A stretch of DNA of 64,000 bases from Ginglymostoma cirratum. Lineage: Eukaryota. Position numbers and translations under genes: made by a program. The stretch lies in contig JAHRHZ010000019.1 of assembly GCA_024137785.1 (NCBI GenBank), positions 24,760,193-24,824,192 on the forward strand, given 5' to 3'. Below, in pieces: positions 38,282 through 51,627 of the stretch (its first letter is position 1; each line of letters opens with the position of its first letter). The notes beneath the pieces were generated by a model. The model was not told the origin of the DNA, searched no databases, and worked only from the letters and a program-made list of their open reading frames with translations.

Positions 38282-41200
38282 TGTCAGAAAATTGCTGCTC
38301 TAGAATAAAACCTAATGTTGGGTGTTCAGCAGATCAAAAGATCAAATCTGCTCATTCTGGTAAATTAGAAGGACACTGAAGATTCCATTAGAGCCGCTGT
38401 CCTGTCCTGGCCAACAATCTCCTTGATCCAACTTCAACATGAATAAATCAACTGGTCAATTATTTTTCTGCTCGTTTGTGAAATGTTAATATGGTTAGTG
38501 CTATTTCCCATACCAATCATTATATTTCAAAAGCAATTTATTATCGTAAGTATTTTGAACCGTTATAATATTAAAAGCAGCTTCAAAAATGCATAATACT
38601 TGACAATTACGCTCCCAATTAGATGATTTAAAAGCAACATCCCAAAACTTACAAATCATGAAAGTCAGTAAGCACATTTTTTCCATATCACATTGCACTT
38701 ACTTGTTCTTCAGACAGCACTGGAAGCACACTCAAAGGGTAGGACATAATTGTAACCTCTCCAACTTAAGTTTATTGCTTATAATGAATGACTTATTGTA
38801 TCAAGAATCTTGAAGCAGTAATTTAGAGTTCAGATGATGAAGTTGAATTAATTGATGTTCATTCCTGATTCAAATGATACGTGCCATGAACATTTACAGG
38901 AATGCCTCAGGTGGGCACTGTAAATAAAAAGTTTAATAACATCAAAAGGAACTACGACCATGACTGCTTCATAGTTACGTCTCATGTTTCCAGACTGAAG
39001 ACGCACAAGTTTGTATTTTGTTAAAATATATTCTTTGTAGCAATTTCTGTTCATACTTCAGAAAAATAAAACGTGTAACATACAGGCGACTGATCTAGTT
39101 CCAAACTTCATTATCAGGTATGTTTACAGACAAGGTGACAATCTGTTTACCTTCACCCCACATCACAAATCAGCCTGCAACTCCCTTGCCTACTCCCCAT
39201 TACTCATCAACCAACTGGCAAGTGCATTTTTAAGCCCCTATTAAAATGAACTGCAGGCACCAGGAAGTCTGGTGATACACGGGACAGAAAGAAAACCTAC
39301 TATAAAACATGATTGCATTTACCAACAGGCCAGGAATACTATCACTGAGCCATGCGGACTTAACTAGTGAGTCAGCTAAAAAATATCAGTGGCTGTATTC
39401 ATTCATTATTTGAGTTGTATTACTGAGAATCTTTGCATTGCCTGTTTTCTTTCACTGATCCTTCAGGTTAGTTTTGGACTCTGGACCTCATCATTCTTCT
39501 TCCGTTTCAAACCTGCCCATGTTTCTTAAAAACAACTTTCGCTTGCAATTACTCAAGAGTTTTGCTCAAACCTTCCATTTGCCCCATTTCCCTAATACAG
39601 ACATGATACAAAAGTGGGAGGAACAACTGCCTTCATAATTTGGCTTTGCTACTTTGGATCGCAAAACTCCATCCTAAGCATGTAAATGTTCAGATCCCAC
39701 TTCCTCATGCACTTTTTAGACCCTAACAGTCAAAATGATTTAACTTCACTCAGCTTTTCTGGTGGAGTACACATTTGATTTTACTTTTCTTAATTACTGA
39801 TTACATTATAATATTAAAAATGTCCAACAGTACTGCAGGTTAACAAGCCCAACCGTCAATATAACAGCTTAATGGGGTGATCCAGTGTTGTAACAGAGAA
39901 GGATCTCTTAGCAAAATGCTCAACTAGTTTCTTGTCTGCTTCAACTCTGCTCATGCAATTCAAAATAAACAGAATTTTACTCAGAAGTGAATCAGAGGTC
40001 ATAAGGAAAAGGCAGAAATGTGGAGTTGAGGATTATCAGATCAGCCGTGATCTTGGTGAATGGCAGAAGACTTGATGTGCCGAACAGGTTATTTCTGCTC
40101 CCATGTCTTGAGGTTTTATGGAACCATATTGCCTGGCATTCTCCTCAAACATGCATTTGTCTCTGCTTCAAACACTTGTCCAGTTTCTCAAGAGGTTCAA
40201 CTGGTTTTTGTCTGTCCCACTCCCTGCCATAATGCATTCCATGCTTGGGCAACACTGACTAAGGAAATTTATCCCTATTTTTTTCATGTGCACTGAGAAT
40301 TTTTACAGATGATTCATCACCATTGCAAAACCCAGAGAGAATAGCATTTTCTTAAGTCAAAAATAATTATTAAAGTCTGATGCAAAACCCTTTCTCACCA
40401 TCAACATAATCTCAATAAATGTCTTTTCTACATGAGTGAACCCCAAAATGGACACAGCTCTCTAAATGCGGCCTAACCCATGTTTTGAATACATTATTCC
40501 TTTTCTCTGACTCTGTGCCCTCCAAAAGAAACCTCTCTTGGTCATTTCACAGTTTTACCTACCTTGCCTCGTGCTTTTGGGAAATGTGACATTTAGTTTA
40601 TTCTTTGCATGAACCACCTTACCGGTTTCCTGAATTCATTCATCAAGGCTTTGTGTTGTGGGTCTGCTTCTGGCGGGAACTATATTGAGTCTTTCCAAAT
40701 ATTTAAGAGCTTTATATCCAATTACTTTTGTTAAACATGAAAGCCTACTCCCTAATTCACTTTGTCTTTTAATTTTCATTGTAATTGTGCGCATCAGAGA
40801 ATTCAAATGTACAGTATCACTTTTTCAAAAGGGGCTCATTGAATAGTTACATACATTAAATGCCAAGTTACTTCAGTTGGGAGCCATGAGACCTCCACGA
40901 TGTAAGCAAATTGATAATATATAGACCCATGTTCTATTGGGGCTTGCACTCCATATCCATCCTGTCTTGGCTCTTTTCTTCTACAATGCATTAGCTCACA
41001 CATATGCACACGACTGGGACACTAGCTCTCTCTAACCCCTCATAGATCTTCAGTTTATTCTCATGCCTGATTAGCTGTACACAGATCCTTTATTTCCTGG
41101 GCATTTCTAAAGGCATGATTTTTTTTTCACCAAAGAACTGCCATTCAGGAACAAAGCTTTCCTGTTCTAAATGACATGCCATGCACCATCAGTCAAGCAG

Positions 41201-41851
41201 TGCGTGACAACCTTGGAGAAATTAAAAACTTTTAATGAAAGGACATTATCTTTAAAAACCAGAAAGCGTCAATCCACACAAGAAAAAAATGTGCATAATC
41301 CATACTGTACAATCTTTCAACGGATGAGGATTACACAATTTGTCACAGGGCCATTTGAGCTAAACTTGAACAATTATCTCAGTGCACTAAACAGAACAGC
41401 ATCACACCATTGCAAACACATTACGTGACCTCAGGAACTCTGAAGGTCTGAAGAATCAGGTTGTGGCAATTACTGCGATCAATCCCAAGAAAATCCTTCG
41501 ATCCGTACAGGGTTAAACTATCCCTCTCAGTCACTTTCAGCTTCAAGGGTTCAAGTAATACAGCATTGCTCTCTGGATTTTCTTACTCTCAAGAGCCAAT
41601 CCCCTTAATCCCTGCCTAAGCACCCATTGCTCAATCGTGATTTCTCCTTTTCCATCTGTCAGTCTTAAATCAACAATTTGTACATGAGACAGTGTAATGC
41701 AGACAATAAAGGATTTACATTTCACTATCCTCAAATCTTTTCCTACAATTAAAATGCTGAACAAGTGTTAGGGTGACTGTTGGAGGTTACCACTAACATT
41801 TTCTACATTCCATCTTCTTTACCCTTTCTCCATTAGAAAAAAAAAACTTAC

Positions 41852-41978
41852 CTGCTTTTGACATCCATGGCTTCCTCCAATAACCCATGACTCAGAAGAG
41901 TGTTCATGAAGCTTGAATAAGCTGCTGAGCTGAATACTAGACCCTTCTTTTCAGCTTCCATGAATACATTAAAGGCTT
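41852..41978 (-). CDS. LRPPRC: LRPPRC exon 30 equivalent (127 nt), PPR-like motif
   Basis: AG/GTAAG; AFNVFMEAEKKGLVFSSAAYSSFMNTLLSHGLLEEAMDVKS. Confidence 0.94.
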
Positions 41979-42849
41979 CTAAGAATAAAATAAGTATTTT
42001 GTTAAAATAGAATCATAAACACATGATTCTGCTAATATTTGCAAGCCCTTCAAAAAAAATATCAAATAAAAACTTTTCAATAGCTCAAGAGAAACCATTT
42101 GGACTCCTTCAGTCATTCATCTCCTTCATTTTTCCAAGGTTAAACTTGATGAATTTATTTTATGAAGACTACAGCAGGAAACAGAAAAATATCTTGCTAC
42201 AGAATTGCACATGATTTTACAAAACAAAGTAGGCAGCAAACAACAGTCTGGGTTTTGAACACTACTTTTTTTATTCCTGGGATTTATTTGATGCATCCTA
42301 AATTAAAATTAAACTAACATTAAGATTCTGATGTAGTTCTTACATAACCTTTGATAGTACTCATAGTTTTTCATTTTGTTTAAACATAATCTTCCAATCT
42401 CGGCACCAAACCTGGTGTAAAGATTGGTGTCCTAGCTACACTATTCAGAATTTTCACTTGAAGCTTTTCTCATGGTCTATTACGGAAATTAGCTATCAAT
42501 GGCACAAATCCATTTTACCTTAACCCCATCAGTAACCGTTTTTATGCAAGCAACTTCAGTATTTGAAAAAATAGGTTTTGGTGAGATTGGTATAAGTTTT
42601 AATTTACAAAACAGCTAAATGACAGCATTCCGAAGAGGAACCAAATCTTCAAGCACTTCTCTCTCCACAGATATTGCCAGACCTGACAAGGCCTCCAAGC
42701 ATTTTTTAGTTCATATCTCAAGAATTGGTAGTATTTTGCCTTTAACCAAATGACAGCTGTGATTGAACCAATAATGAGAATAATGAGGTACAAGACCTTT
42801 CATGCTAACTAGAACTTTAGTTACCTGTCTTTTGCAAATGGAAGGAATG

Positions 42850-43230
42850 TCAGAAGAAATTGCATTCGTATAGTGCCTTTTAAAGCTTTGGGGTATGCCA
42901 AACTGCTTCAAAGCTAATGAAGTACATTATAATTTAGAGAACATGAAAGCCAAATGCACACGTTTTTATGATATCTGGCTATGACTAGATAATCTGTTTT
43001 TGTGATGTTAGGGAGGGTTAAATGTTGACCAGAAAACATTTTCACTCTGCACAGTCTCAAATGTTTTTCCATGTCATTGATTTAGAATCTTCCAAAGGTG
43101 GCAATCCCTGACAGTGCAGCACCTCTCAATACTGTACTGTAATACCAGTCTAGGTTGTGTGTTCAAGCCTGACATGGAGTTTGAATGACACAACCTGCAG
43201 GTGGGACAGTGCTACCACTGAGCTATAGTT
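42850..43230 (-). mobile_element. Deu-domain/tRNA-head SINE-like element
   Basis: agtgctaccactgagcta (reverse A box), ttgcattcgtatagtgcctttt tail. Confidence 0.6.
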
Positions 43231-44469
43231 AGCATTCAGATGCAAAGCAAAAACCAGCTTAAGGCAGAAAAGCTGTGAGAAGCCATTTCATGACAGAATC
43301 AAACAAGGAAGGCCATCTTACACAATGCAAATTGTTGCAGTACGCTCTATGTGGGTAAGCATTAATTAACAGTCACCAAGATCCAGTGAGAAAACATATA
43401 TAGTTTAAAAAGTAGGATTGACAGTGATATTTCCGATTTGATGATCAGTAAATAAGCTGTCAAAAGGAATAGGCTCTGAGGTTATAGTATGGCTTAAAAA
43501 CAGAAGCACTATGTTTCATACTACAGTATGCAACCCAAAATACCATTTTAGTCCTCTGAATGGGAAAAATTGCAAAGACAGATTGCAAAAAAATTTCAAT
43601 CCTTAAAAGAGGATTGATAAATTTCCATGGAGTCGTTAGGAGGGGAAAGGAGAGCTTGACTGCATTTCTCTAACTACAAGCAAACCAGTCACTCCAGATC
43701 TCTACATTCATGAGAAATTGTTAGAACAGTATACCTGATTTTTGCATAGAATAGGATCTCAAGGACACAGTAGATTTTTCCATTGATCTTTATTCTAATC
43801 TAACAATTAGCTGGATGAAGGAGGTTACTTGACACATCACATCTACTCTGTCCTTTTTAAGAGCAGTCCAATTTAGTCCCATAACCTCAGCTTTATCTCC
43901 ACAAGCCTTCAAATTAGATCTCTGCAAACACATGCCTGATTGCCTTTTTATGTTGCTATGAAATAGGATTCTATGCCCCTTTCAGGTACTGAGTTCTGGA
44001 TCTCAACAACCCCTAACAACAGTAACTTGGGATTAATTACTTAACTGGACCCTTTTCAAGGACTGAAACAGTTTGGATAAAAAAGTGGTAAAAAATGTCA
44101 ATAGGAAAAAAACACCAGTTTAAAATATGGTATGAATGTGCGCAACCAAGTAATGCAAGTGAGTCATCTGGAAGACAGAAGGGTGCATCAGTATATGCAA
44201 CATTTTATTTCCACTGCAATTTTCTGCTCTTCCTAACGTAGTCAGATACTGGGGGTCATCCAGGTTACATTCGACATTTTATTAAATCCAAAAGACATGT
44301 TAGCCTATGATTCTCCTAGTCTGTTAAGTATTATACAAGACAACCTTTTCCAAATAACTTTCCAACTTTTATAATTTTTTTCCAATTAGAGGCAGCTGAG
44401 AATATGCAGGAAAATACTGTTTGTCAGTACCTGAACTAAGTTCTTGCTTCCTGGTGCAGAACCACAGAA

Positions 44470-45645
44470 AAACCATAGAACTGTAGGAAAGCTACAGCTT
44501 AGAAAGAGGTCATAGACTAGCTGCCAATTCTAATCCCATTTGACAGAACCTGGTCCATTGCCTTACATATTACAGAGCTTTAGGTTCAAGTTCAGGTCCG
44601 GGCTCCTTCCAAATAAACTGAAATTCTCTGCCTCCAGCACCAACCTGAGCAGTGAATTCCAGACACTCAAAAGAAAAGGTTCTTCCCACATACCCTCTCT
44701 AAACCTTTGACCGATCACTTTGTATCAACTCCATCCAAGATCTTTGTTATTTTGTACATCTCCATTCAGTCACGCCTCAGCCTCCTCGGTTGGGTAAAAC
44801 AACCTTTGTCTGTCTAATCTTTCCTCATACCTGCAATCTTCAAGACCCGGCAACATTCTTGCAAATCTCCTCTGTACCTTAAAGCAATGATGTTCCTCCT
44901 GTAATGTAGTGACCTGAACTGTACACAAACCTTCAGCTGTGGTCAGTGTCTTGTAGATCCCTGCACGTGTATTCAATATCTTGTCCAATGAAAGAAAGCA
45001 TTCCATATGTCTTCTTTACCACTTCTTGCCACCTTCAGAGACCTGATGGCATGCAGTCTAAGGTTTCTCCTTTCCTTGACTTCTCTTAATACCTTCCAGT
45101 TTATTGGGCATCACTTGCATCGTTTGCCTTCCCCAACTGCATAGCCTTGTACTTCTCTGCCCACTCAACCAAACTACTGCAATGCTCCTGAAGTTGACAG
45201 CCGTCCTCTTCACTACCAACAACCTGGCCATTTTTTGTATCAGCAGTAAATTTCCAATCATGTCCCACAATTAAGTCTAAATCATTAACATATAGGACCA
45301 ACAGCAAGGGCCCCAAAATTGTACCATTTGCAAGCCCAATGAAAACCACCTTCCATTCAGAAAGGCATCCATTAACTATTACCTTTTGATTACTGTCACT
45401 GAGAGAATTTTGGATCTAACTCGCTACATTCCCCTAAATCCCATGAGCTTTAATCTTTTTTGATCAATCTGCAGCATGGGACCTTTATTAAATATAAATT
45501 ATACAATCCATGTATACAACATCCGCTGCATTACTCTAATCAATCCTTTGTTGTCCCCTTTCTCTCAAATAAAATCTAATTACGTTAGCAAGGAACGACC
45601 TTCCCTGAAGAAAACCTTGCTGAGTAATCTGTGCCTTTCCAAGTA
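44470..45645 (-). mobile_element. CR1 LINE fragment
   Basis: GTILGPLLLVLYVNDL, KFTADTK, VQRRFARMLPGL. Confidence 0.88.
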
Positions 45646-45765
45646 TCTCTGCGAACTGACTCCACCCTAAATGATTTGGCCTAATCCCCCTCACGTTTTC
45701 TGTTCAGGTTAATTTCTAAAGAAATCAATGTATCATTACTTTAGTTAAGTTATCACAAATTGTAC

Positions 45766-45907
45766 CTTGAATACTGTTCTTCTTGCAAAACATGAGTAGT
45801 CTGCGCTGATAGTCACTTGCAGAATCAATGGGCAAATCACTAGTTCTTGTTCGAGTAGCTTGATTGAGAGCAGATGAAGCGGATCTTGCAGCATCCTCAT
45901 ACCATGA
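45766..45907 (-). CDS. LRPPRC: LRPPRC exon 29 equivalent (142 nt)
   Basis: AG/GT; SWYEDAARSASSALNQATRTRTSDLPIDSASDYQRRLLMFCKKNSIQ; phases 0/1 fit neighbours. Confidence 0.9.
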
Positions 45908-46476
45908 CTGAGAAAGATTTTAAAAAATTTCTTGGTAGCAATGTATTAGCTCTGTACTAAAGAGAGACAAAACGCCTACAATTTGCAGCTTGCACCATCA
46001 GGATGAGGCCACAAGAGACAGACTGGAGGAAACGGACACAAATTTATAAAGCACGAGAAGAGCGTGCCAATTAGCTGGGCCACTGTTGGCACACAGAAAC
46101 AACAAGATCAGTTAACTGTCAATCTTAGGTTTTCAGACCAGGTGGAATGACTCTAGACTGATTTAGGTATTGCAATGGGAATGCAGCATAGTTTAGCAGT
46201 CTCTATGATCTCTGTTTTTCAATGAAAACAATATCCCTTGCATTTCAGGTACACTGATGCATTCTGATACATTTGCAATATCAGAATGCACCGCTGTATC
46301 AAATAATAACCATGATTATACTGAATGACAGAGCAGGTTCGAAGGCCAAATGGCCTACACCTACTCTAATTTTCTATGTTTCTTTGAAGCTAGAAATTCT
46401 CTAGAAACTAAATACAAGGCTTTTATTAAGATTTAAAACACACAAACGAATTTATTTTTAATTGTGTAAACAATAC

Positions 46477-46619
46477 CTCTGGGACTTCAAATGGAATCTC
46501 CTGACCACTGATCTTGAGTATCTCAGCAAGTAATCGGAGTGTTCTTTCCCGGGGTATCACATTTTCCTCTTGCATTTTGGTCCACGTTGCATCAGCTTTC
46601 CGCCAGTCATTATTTTCCT
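46477..46619 (-). CDS. LRPPRC: LRPPRC exon 28 equivalent (143 nt)
   Basis: AG/GT; [47 protein letters not shown]. Confidence 0.97.
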
Positions 46620-47364
46620 CTGTTTAAATTAAGACATTTAATTAAGCTGCAGCAAAGGGTGAACAGAAATAATTTCAAGGTGTCTCGAGTAATTGCAAAA
46701 AGCAAACAAAAATCAAGGGAAAAGTGTTTGATTTAAGCAGATCCTCAAAAATGGAGAATTTTTTTCTTCTGCCGTCAAAAGTCAGAATGCAGAGCCAACA
46801 AAGCTAGGAATCATTCATATACAATATAGAATTCAACTGTGATATAATATTGATGTAAAACCTTTAATATAATATAAAAAGAATGCCAAAACATTGCCCT
46901 TTTTTTAAAAAATCAAACCAGTTTTGGAAGAACAACTGTGATGGGGTTGATCATGGACTATGACATCCAACACTCAAGTCAGTTGAAAATGATTTATTTA
47001 AAATGCCACCAAGTGGAACACAGCATCAACTAGTTACTTTACATTCAGCAACAGATGCTCTACTTTTAGCATTTCAGTGTATAACTCTAACATGCAGCAG
47101 AAGCACATCTGAATGAGTAAAGTAAGCTGAACCTGTGCTACTTAATGTAGTGCAATATGTGGGCGCAGGGAGCACTGGATAACATTATCTATTTATACTC
47201 AATTGATTATACCTAAACGATAAGGCAGCAATATTGCCTTTTGCTCAAAGATTTCATCCAAAACCAAATCCATTTTTAATAGCTCACCGATGGCCAGTAG
47301 CAGCGGTCTGTACTTATCTATAAGATGTACTGCAGAAATTAACCAAAGATCCTCAGACAGCGAT

Positions 47365-47812
47365 ATGTTCACCTGCACATCTACCAATGTGGTATACTGC
47401 ATCCGCTATACCCGTTGTGGCCTCCTCTACATCGGGGAAACCAAGCGGAGGCTTGGGGACCGCTTTGCAGAACACCTGCGCTCAGTTAGCAACAAACAAC
47501 TGCACCTCCCAGTCGCGAACCATTTCAACTCCCCCTCCCATTCCTCAGATGACATGTCCATCCTGGGCCTCCTGCAAGGCCACAATGATGCCACCCGAAG
47601 GCTGCAGGAACAGCAAATCATATTTAGCCTGGGAACCCTGCAGCCCAATGGTATCAACGTGGACTTCACAAGCTTCAAAATCTCCCCTCCCCCAACCACA
47701 TCCCAAAACCAGCCCAGCTCGTCCTCGCCTCCCTAACCTGTCCTTCCTCTCACCTATCCCCTCCTCCCACCTCAAGCCCCACCCCCATCTCCTATCTACT
47801 AACCTCATCCCG
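47365..47812 (+). mobile_element. Penelope-like GIY-YIG endonuclease fragment
   Basis: FTCTSTNVVYCIRYTRCGLLYIGETKRRLGDRFAEH...; highly similar to 17078-17358. Confidence 0.92.
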
Positions 47813-47924
47813 TCTTGAACATTCATCTCAAACTGTTAGTCTTATTTAGTGTTGTACAAGTTAAACCACATGAGGATCGCAACAAAAATGGAATTCAGCA
47901 AAATGCAGTCGTACAAATGGAAAT

Positions 47925-48320
47925 GGTGGATGGCAAAAGATGTGGGCAACAGGTTTCCTGCATGACTACCACCCTCTGCTTCCTGCCACTCAGCCATTTC
48001 TGGATCTAACTAGCTAAATCTCCTCGATTCCCATGGGCTCTTATCTTGGCTATCACAGTCCCATTCAGGACCTTGTCAAAAGCCTTGCTGAAGTCCAAGG
48101 AGACTACATCGATTACATTGCTTTGATCTACATACCTGGATACTTCTTCGAAAAATTAATCAAGTTAGTCAGAAATGACCTCCCACTAACAAAATATGTT
48201 AACTGTTTTTGATTAACTTCTGCCTCTACAAGTGCAGAGTAATTACGTCCTTCAGAATTGCTTCCTGCTGTTTTGCCACCACCAAGTTTAAACTGACTGG
48301 CTTGTGGTTCCTGGTTTCTT
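47925..48320 (-). mobile_element. CR1 RT fragment
   Basis: GRSFLTNLINF and LDFSKAFDKV on minus strand. Confidence 0.8.
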
Positions 48321-50141
48321 GTGAAGGGAAAGATTTTCTTTTGGTACTTTCGTAGCACCACAGAGAACTTCGAAGGTAAAAAAGTTATTTGCAGGTTAAA
48401 CGCAACCAACACAGAATATCCCCAACAGTAATGCACCAACTGTCAGCCTTCTTGTGACATGTTCAGTTGCCCTCTCACTTCTCTCTGTACTGCAGTGTCA
48501 AACTTTCTTAGTACCACCTCTTGTCCTAGTTTCCCCTGCTTCTGCACATCTAGTGACCTTCAGTTTTCTCTCTCCAAACTGTCTCACTTTCTCTGGCCTT
48601 TCTCTGGTTCTTCCAGCTATGAATCCAGTTCTATTTTTCCCCTCGCTCACTGGCGCAGCTTCTAACCCACCTTAATCTTGCTCTAACTTTCCCCAAATGC
48701 AACACTATAGGAGACAATCAATTAACATTTTTGTTTTCCATGACAGATTCCCAACCCCCGTAAGCCCCTTTCAGCCTTCCATTTGCTTAACTGCCCTTGC
48801 AGCTTCTCATTTGCCCCACTTCCTTGCAGTTTCCCATTTTCACTCTCACTCCAATTCCCTTGCAGCCCCTCATCCTCCTTGCAAGCTTGAATTTGTCCCT
48901 CACCCCACATACAGCCTCCACTAGCCTCCAACTCCCTTGCAGCCTTTCATTTTCACTCTTCCACTAACTCCCTCGCAGCCTTTTCCTACCATCCCCACCT
49001 TCTTCTCAACCCCCAACCTCCCACACAGCTGCCTCCTTCCCACCACCCTTCACAAAGTTATTTGTGTCCCCAGCAACGACTTTCCCTTGCATTTTTCTTG
49101 CAACCTCGTTTCTAGTCCCCAACACATGGACACTGGCTCTAAGTTGCTACTCCTAGACTTCAGCTCTTGGTGCCCCGATTCATCTCCTAGCTCTCAACAG
49201 ATCATCTCTTACTTTCAACCCTTACTATCTAACTGCTGGAATGGAACAGAACTAGCCTGTGATTGGAAGAGTTGCTCCTCACATGCTATTCACAGGGGCA
49301 GCTTTCCTCCAATTGGGTGCCCCCATGAATTAATTTTATGGGGCATTTGGGGATGCGAGGGCAAATTCACCCACTGTCCCCGTGTACTTTGGGCATTGAA
49401 ATGAAGAATTGCCGTAACAGATTTCTTCTACTTAAATTCACAATTACTGACACTGTTACACAAATTACATCCAAAGGAAATAGCAGAATATCTCACTCAC
49501 AGGCTAACAACTACAAACCATTTTGCACTTTGGACAGAAGAATATAAGTCGGCTTCAGAAACTGTTCTTAAGGGATTCATTCTCAACGGTCACGCGCCAG
49601 AAAACAGCATGCAGATTCCAGCTGCATAACAATAATTGCAATGTCCACTGGTTGCGCAAAATATACACGTTCTTGGAATAAACTGATCAACTGTAAGAGC
49701 CAGCGCAATGACAAAAATCATTTCAAAAAATAAATTCTAAATCACAGTTGACTATATGAAAAGGTGACATTTTTATCAAAAAATTAAACATTCAGACTTT
49801 GGAATTAAATACATTACTGACTACCAGGTTACTAAAAGATCAGTAGTAATCGTGTGCCAATTAACTTCTTCTGCCCTGCCCATTTCACCCAAGGGGATTT
49901 ATACTGGGATGAACCAACTGTCAGTTGTCAAAAAATGCATTAAAATTACACATTTTTGCTCATTCTAATGTTGGAGATCTTTAATGCTACAGTCAGTATT
50001 ACACATCCTGAAAAATCAGCATCAACACAATTAATTTATGCAGACCTGGAAGACTATAAGAAAACTACTGTACTTCATGCACATATGCATAAAAATCTTC
50101 AGTGGTCTTCAAGATTAGTAACAAATTAAAACTTCACTTAC

Positions 50142-50232
50142 TGAAAAGCCTCAAAAGATAATAGTACATTCGATCTCGGTCACATTCAAATAGCTTCTGG
50201 GTCATTTCCACCATGTTCTCAAGTGCTTCAAC
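50142..50232 (-). CDS. LRPPRC: LRPPRC exon 27 equivalent (91 nt)
   Basis: AG/GTAAGT; [30 protein letters not shown]. Confidence 0.97.
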
Positions 50233-50489
50233 CTGAAGCAAATTAGGAAAATATTTCAGAATTCAAAGATCTTAAATAGACACATTCTGCTAATATTGAA
50301 AGATTTCCAAATGGCGTAATTATAATGGGTCTTATAAAAAGGAATTGCAAAGTTTTGTTTTAATTATTGAGATGACTCACTTGGATTGGAAATAAACTTA
50401 CAAGTGACCAGGTTTTCCTCTCTTCCCCTCTGCCAAAAACTTGTTTTTATACAAGATGACATTAAAAAGGAGAACGAAAAGGGCTTTTC

Positions 50490-51505
50490 TGTCCATCAAG
50501 CCTATCTACCATTTGAGAAGATCATAGCTGATCCAACTTCGGCCTCAACTTCCCTTTCCTGCATGTCCCCAAAATTCTCAACTCCAGTATTCAACAAAAA
50601 TCTGTCCAACTCAATGATCCAGCTCTGTGAAAGGAATTTCCAAAGAATCATTGCCCTCGGAAGAAATTATTCCTCCTCTCAATCTTAAATTGCAGACAGC
50701 ATGCTTTTTAAACTGGGCTCCCTAGTTCTAGATTCCTGTTGAAAGGAAAATATCCTACATTGATCATGTCAAGCTCCCCTAAAATCTTACATATTACAAG
50801 GTCACCTCCTCTTCTTTTAAGCTCCAATGAGTATATGCCTTATTACAATCTTTCGTTAGAACATTACTCTCCATCGCTAAAATCAGATCAGTGAACCCTC
50901 TCCGAGCTGCTTCTCTTGCAGTAAGGGAAGCCTGACTGAATACTCCCTGTGCAGGGTCACCAATGCCCCTTCACGTAGCAGCAAGACTTCCTTTCTTTAA
51001 ACTCCATCTCCCTTGTAATAAGGTAAATTCTAATTGCCTTCCCAAATACTTGCTGTACTTGCAAGTTAACGTTTTGTTATTATGGACAAGGACACATCTC
51101 TACACTGCAGTCTCTACAATCTTTCTCCATTTAAATTATATTCTGCATTTCTATTCTTACTGGAACAGTGATCATCACATACTCCATCTGCCAATTCTTT
51201 TGCCCATTCACTTAACCTCACCGTACTTCTTTGCAAACTCTTTACAATCTTCTCAGCTCATTTTCCTACCTAACTTTGTAGCATCTACAAATTAGGTTAC
51301 AATACAGTCGGTCCTTTCATCCAAATCAATAACATACAGATTGTTGAGGGCCCGCCAGTGATCCTCAGCATTCCACAAGTTACAGTCTGCCAACGTGAAA
51401 ATGACTGATTTATCCCACCTTTTTGATTCTCGTTAACTAACCAATCCCCTATCCAGTCTATTGTATCAACCCCAGCACCATGAGCCCTTATCTTGCACAA
51501 TAAGC
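50490..51505 (-). mobile_element. Decayed CR1
   Basis: KIRAHG..WIGDWL; 3' tail at ~50500. Confidence 0.75.
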
Positions 51506-51558
51506 CATTAAATTAATAATCTTCCTTTCCTACCCGTGAAATCACACAACCAGCCTAC

Positions 51559-51627
51559 CTGATTCGTGGCTGTGCATTTATCTGCAAACCACTGAAGCCT
51601 TCCTGGACGGGCTCGCAAGCCAGGAGT
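51559..51627 (-). CDS. LRPPRC: LRPPRC exon 26 equivalent (69 nt)
   Basis: AG/GTAGG; TPGLRARPGRLQWFADKCTATNQ. Confidence 0.96.

Noticed and set aside
47290-47736. 148-aa GIY-YIG ORF as a domesticated nuclease
   Set aside because: Multi-copy PLE fragment; the start is borrowed from flanking intron; no splice or promoter support
48937-49404. 155-aa ORF
   Set aside because: Arises from a C/T-skewed, stop-poor strand; no recognisable domain or splice context
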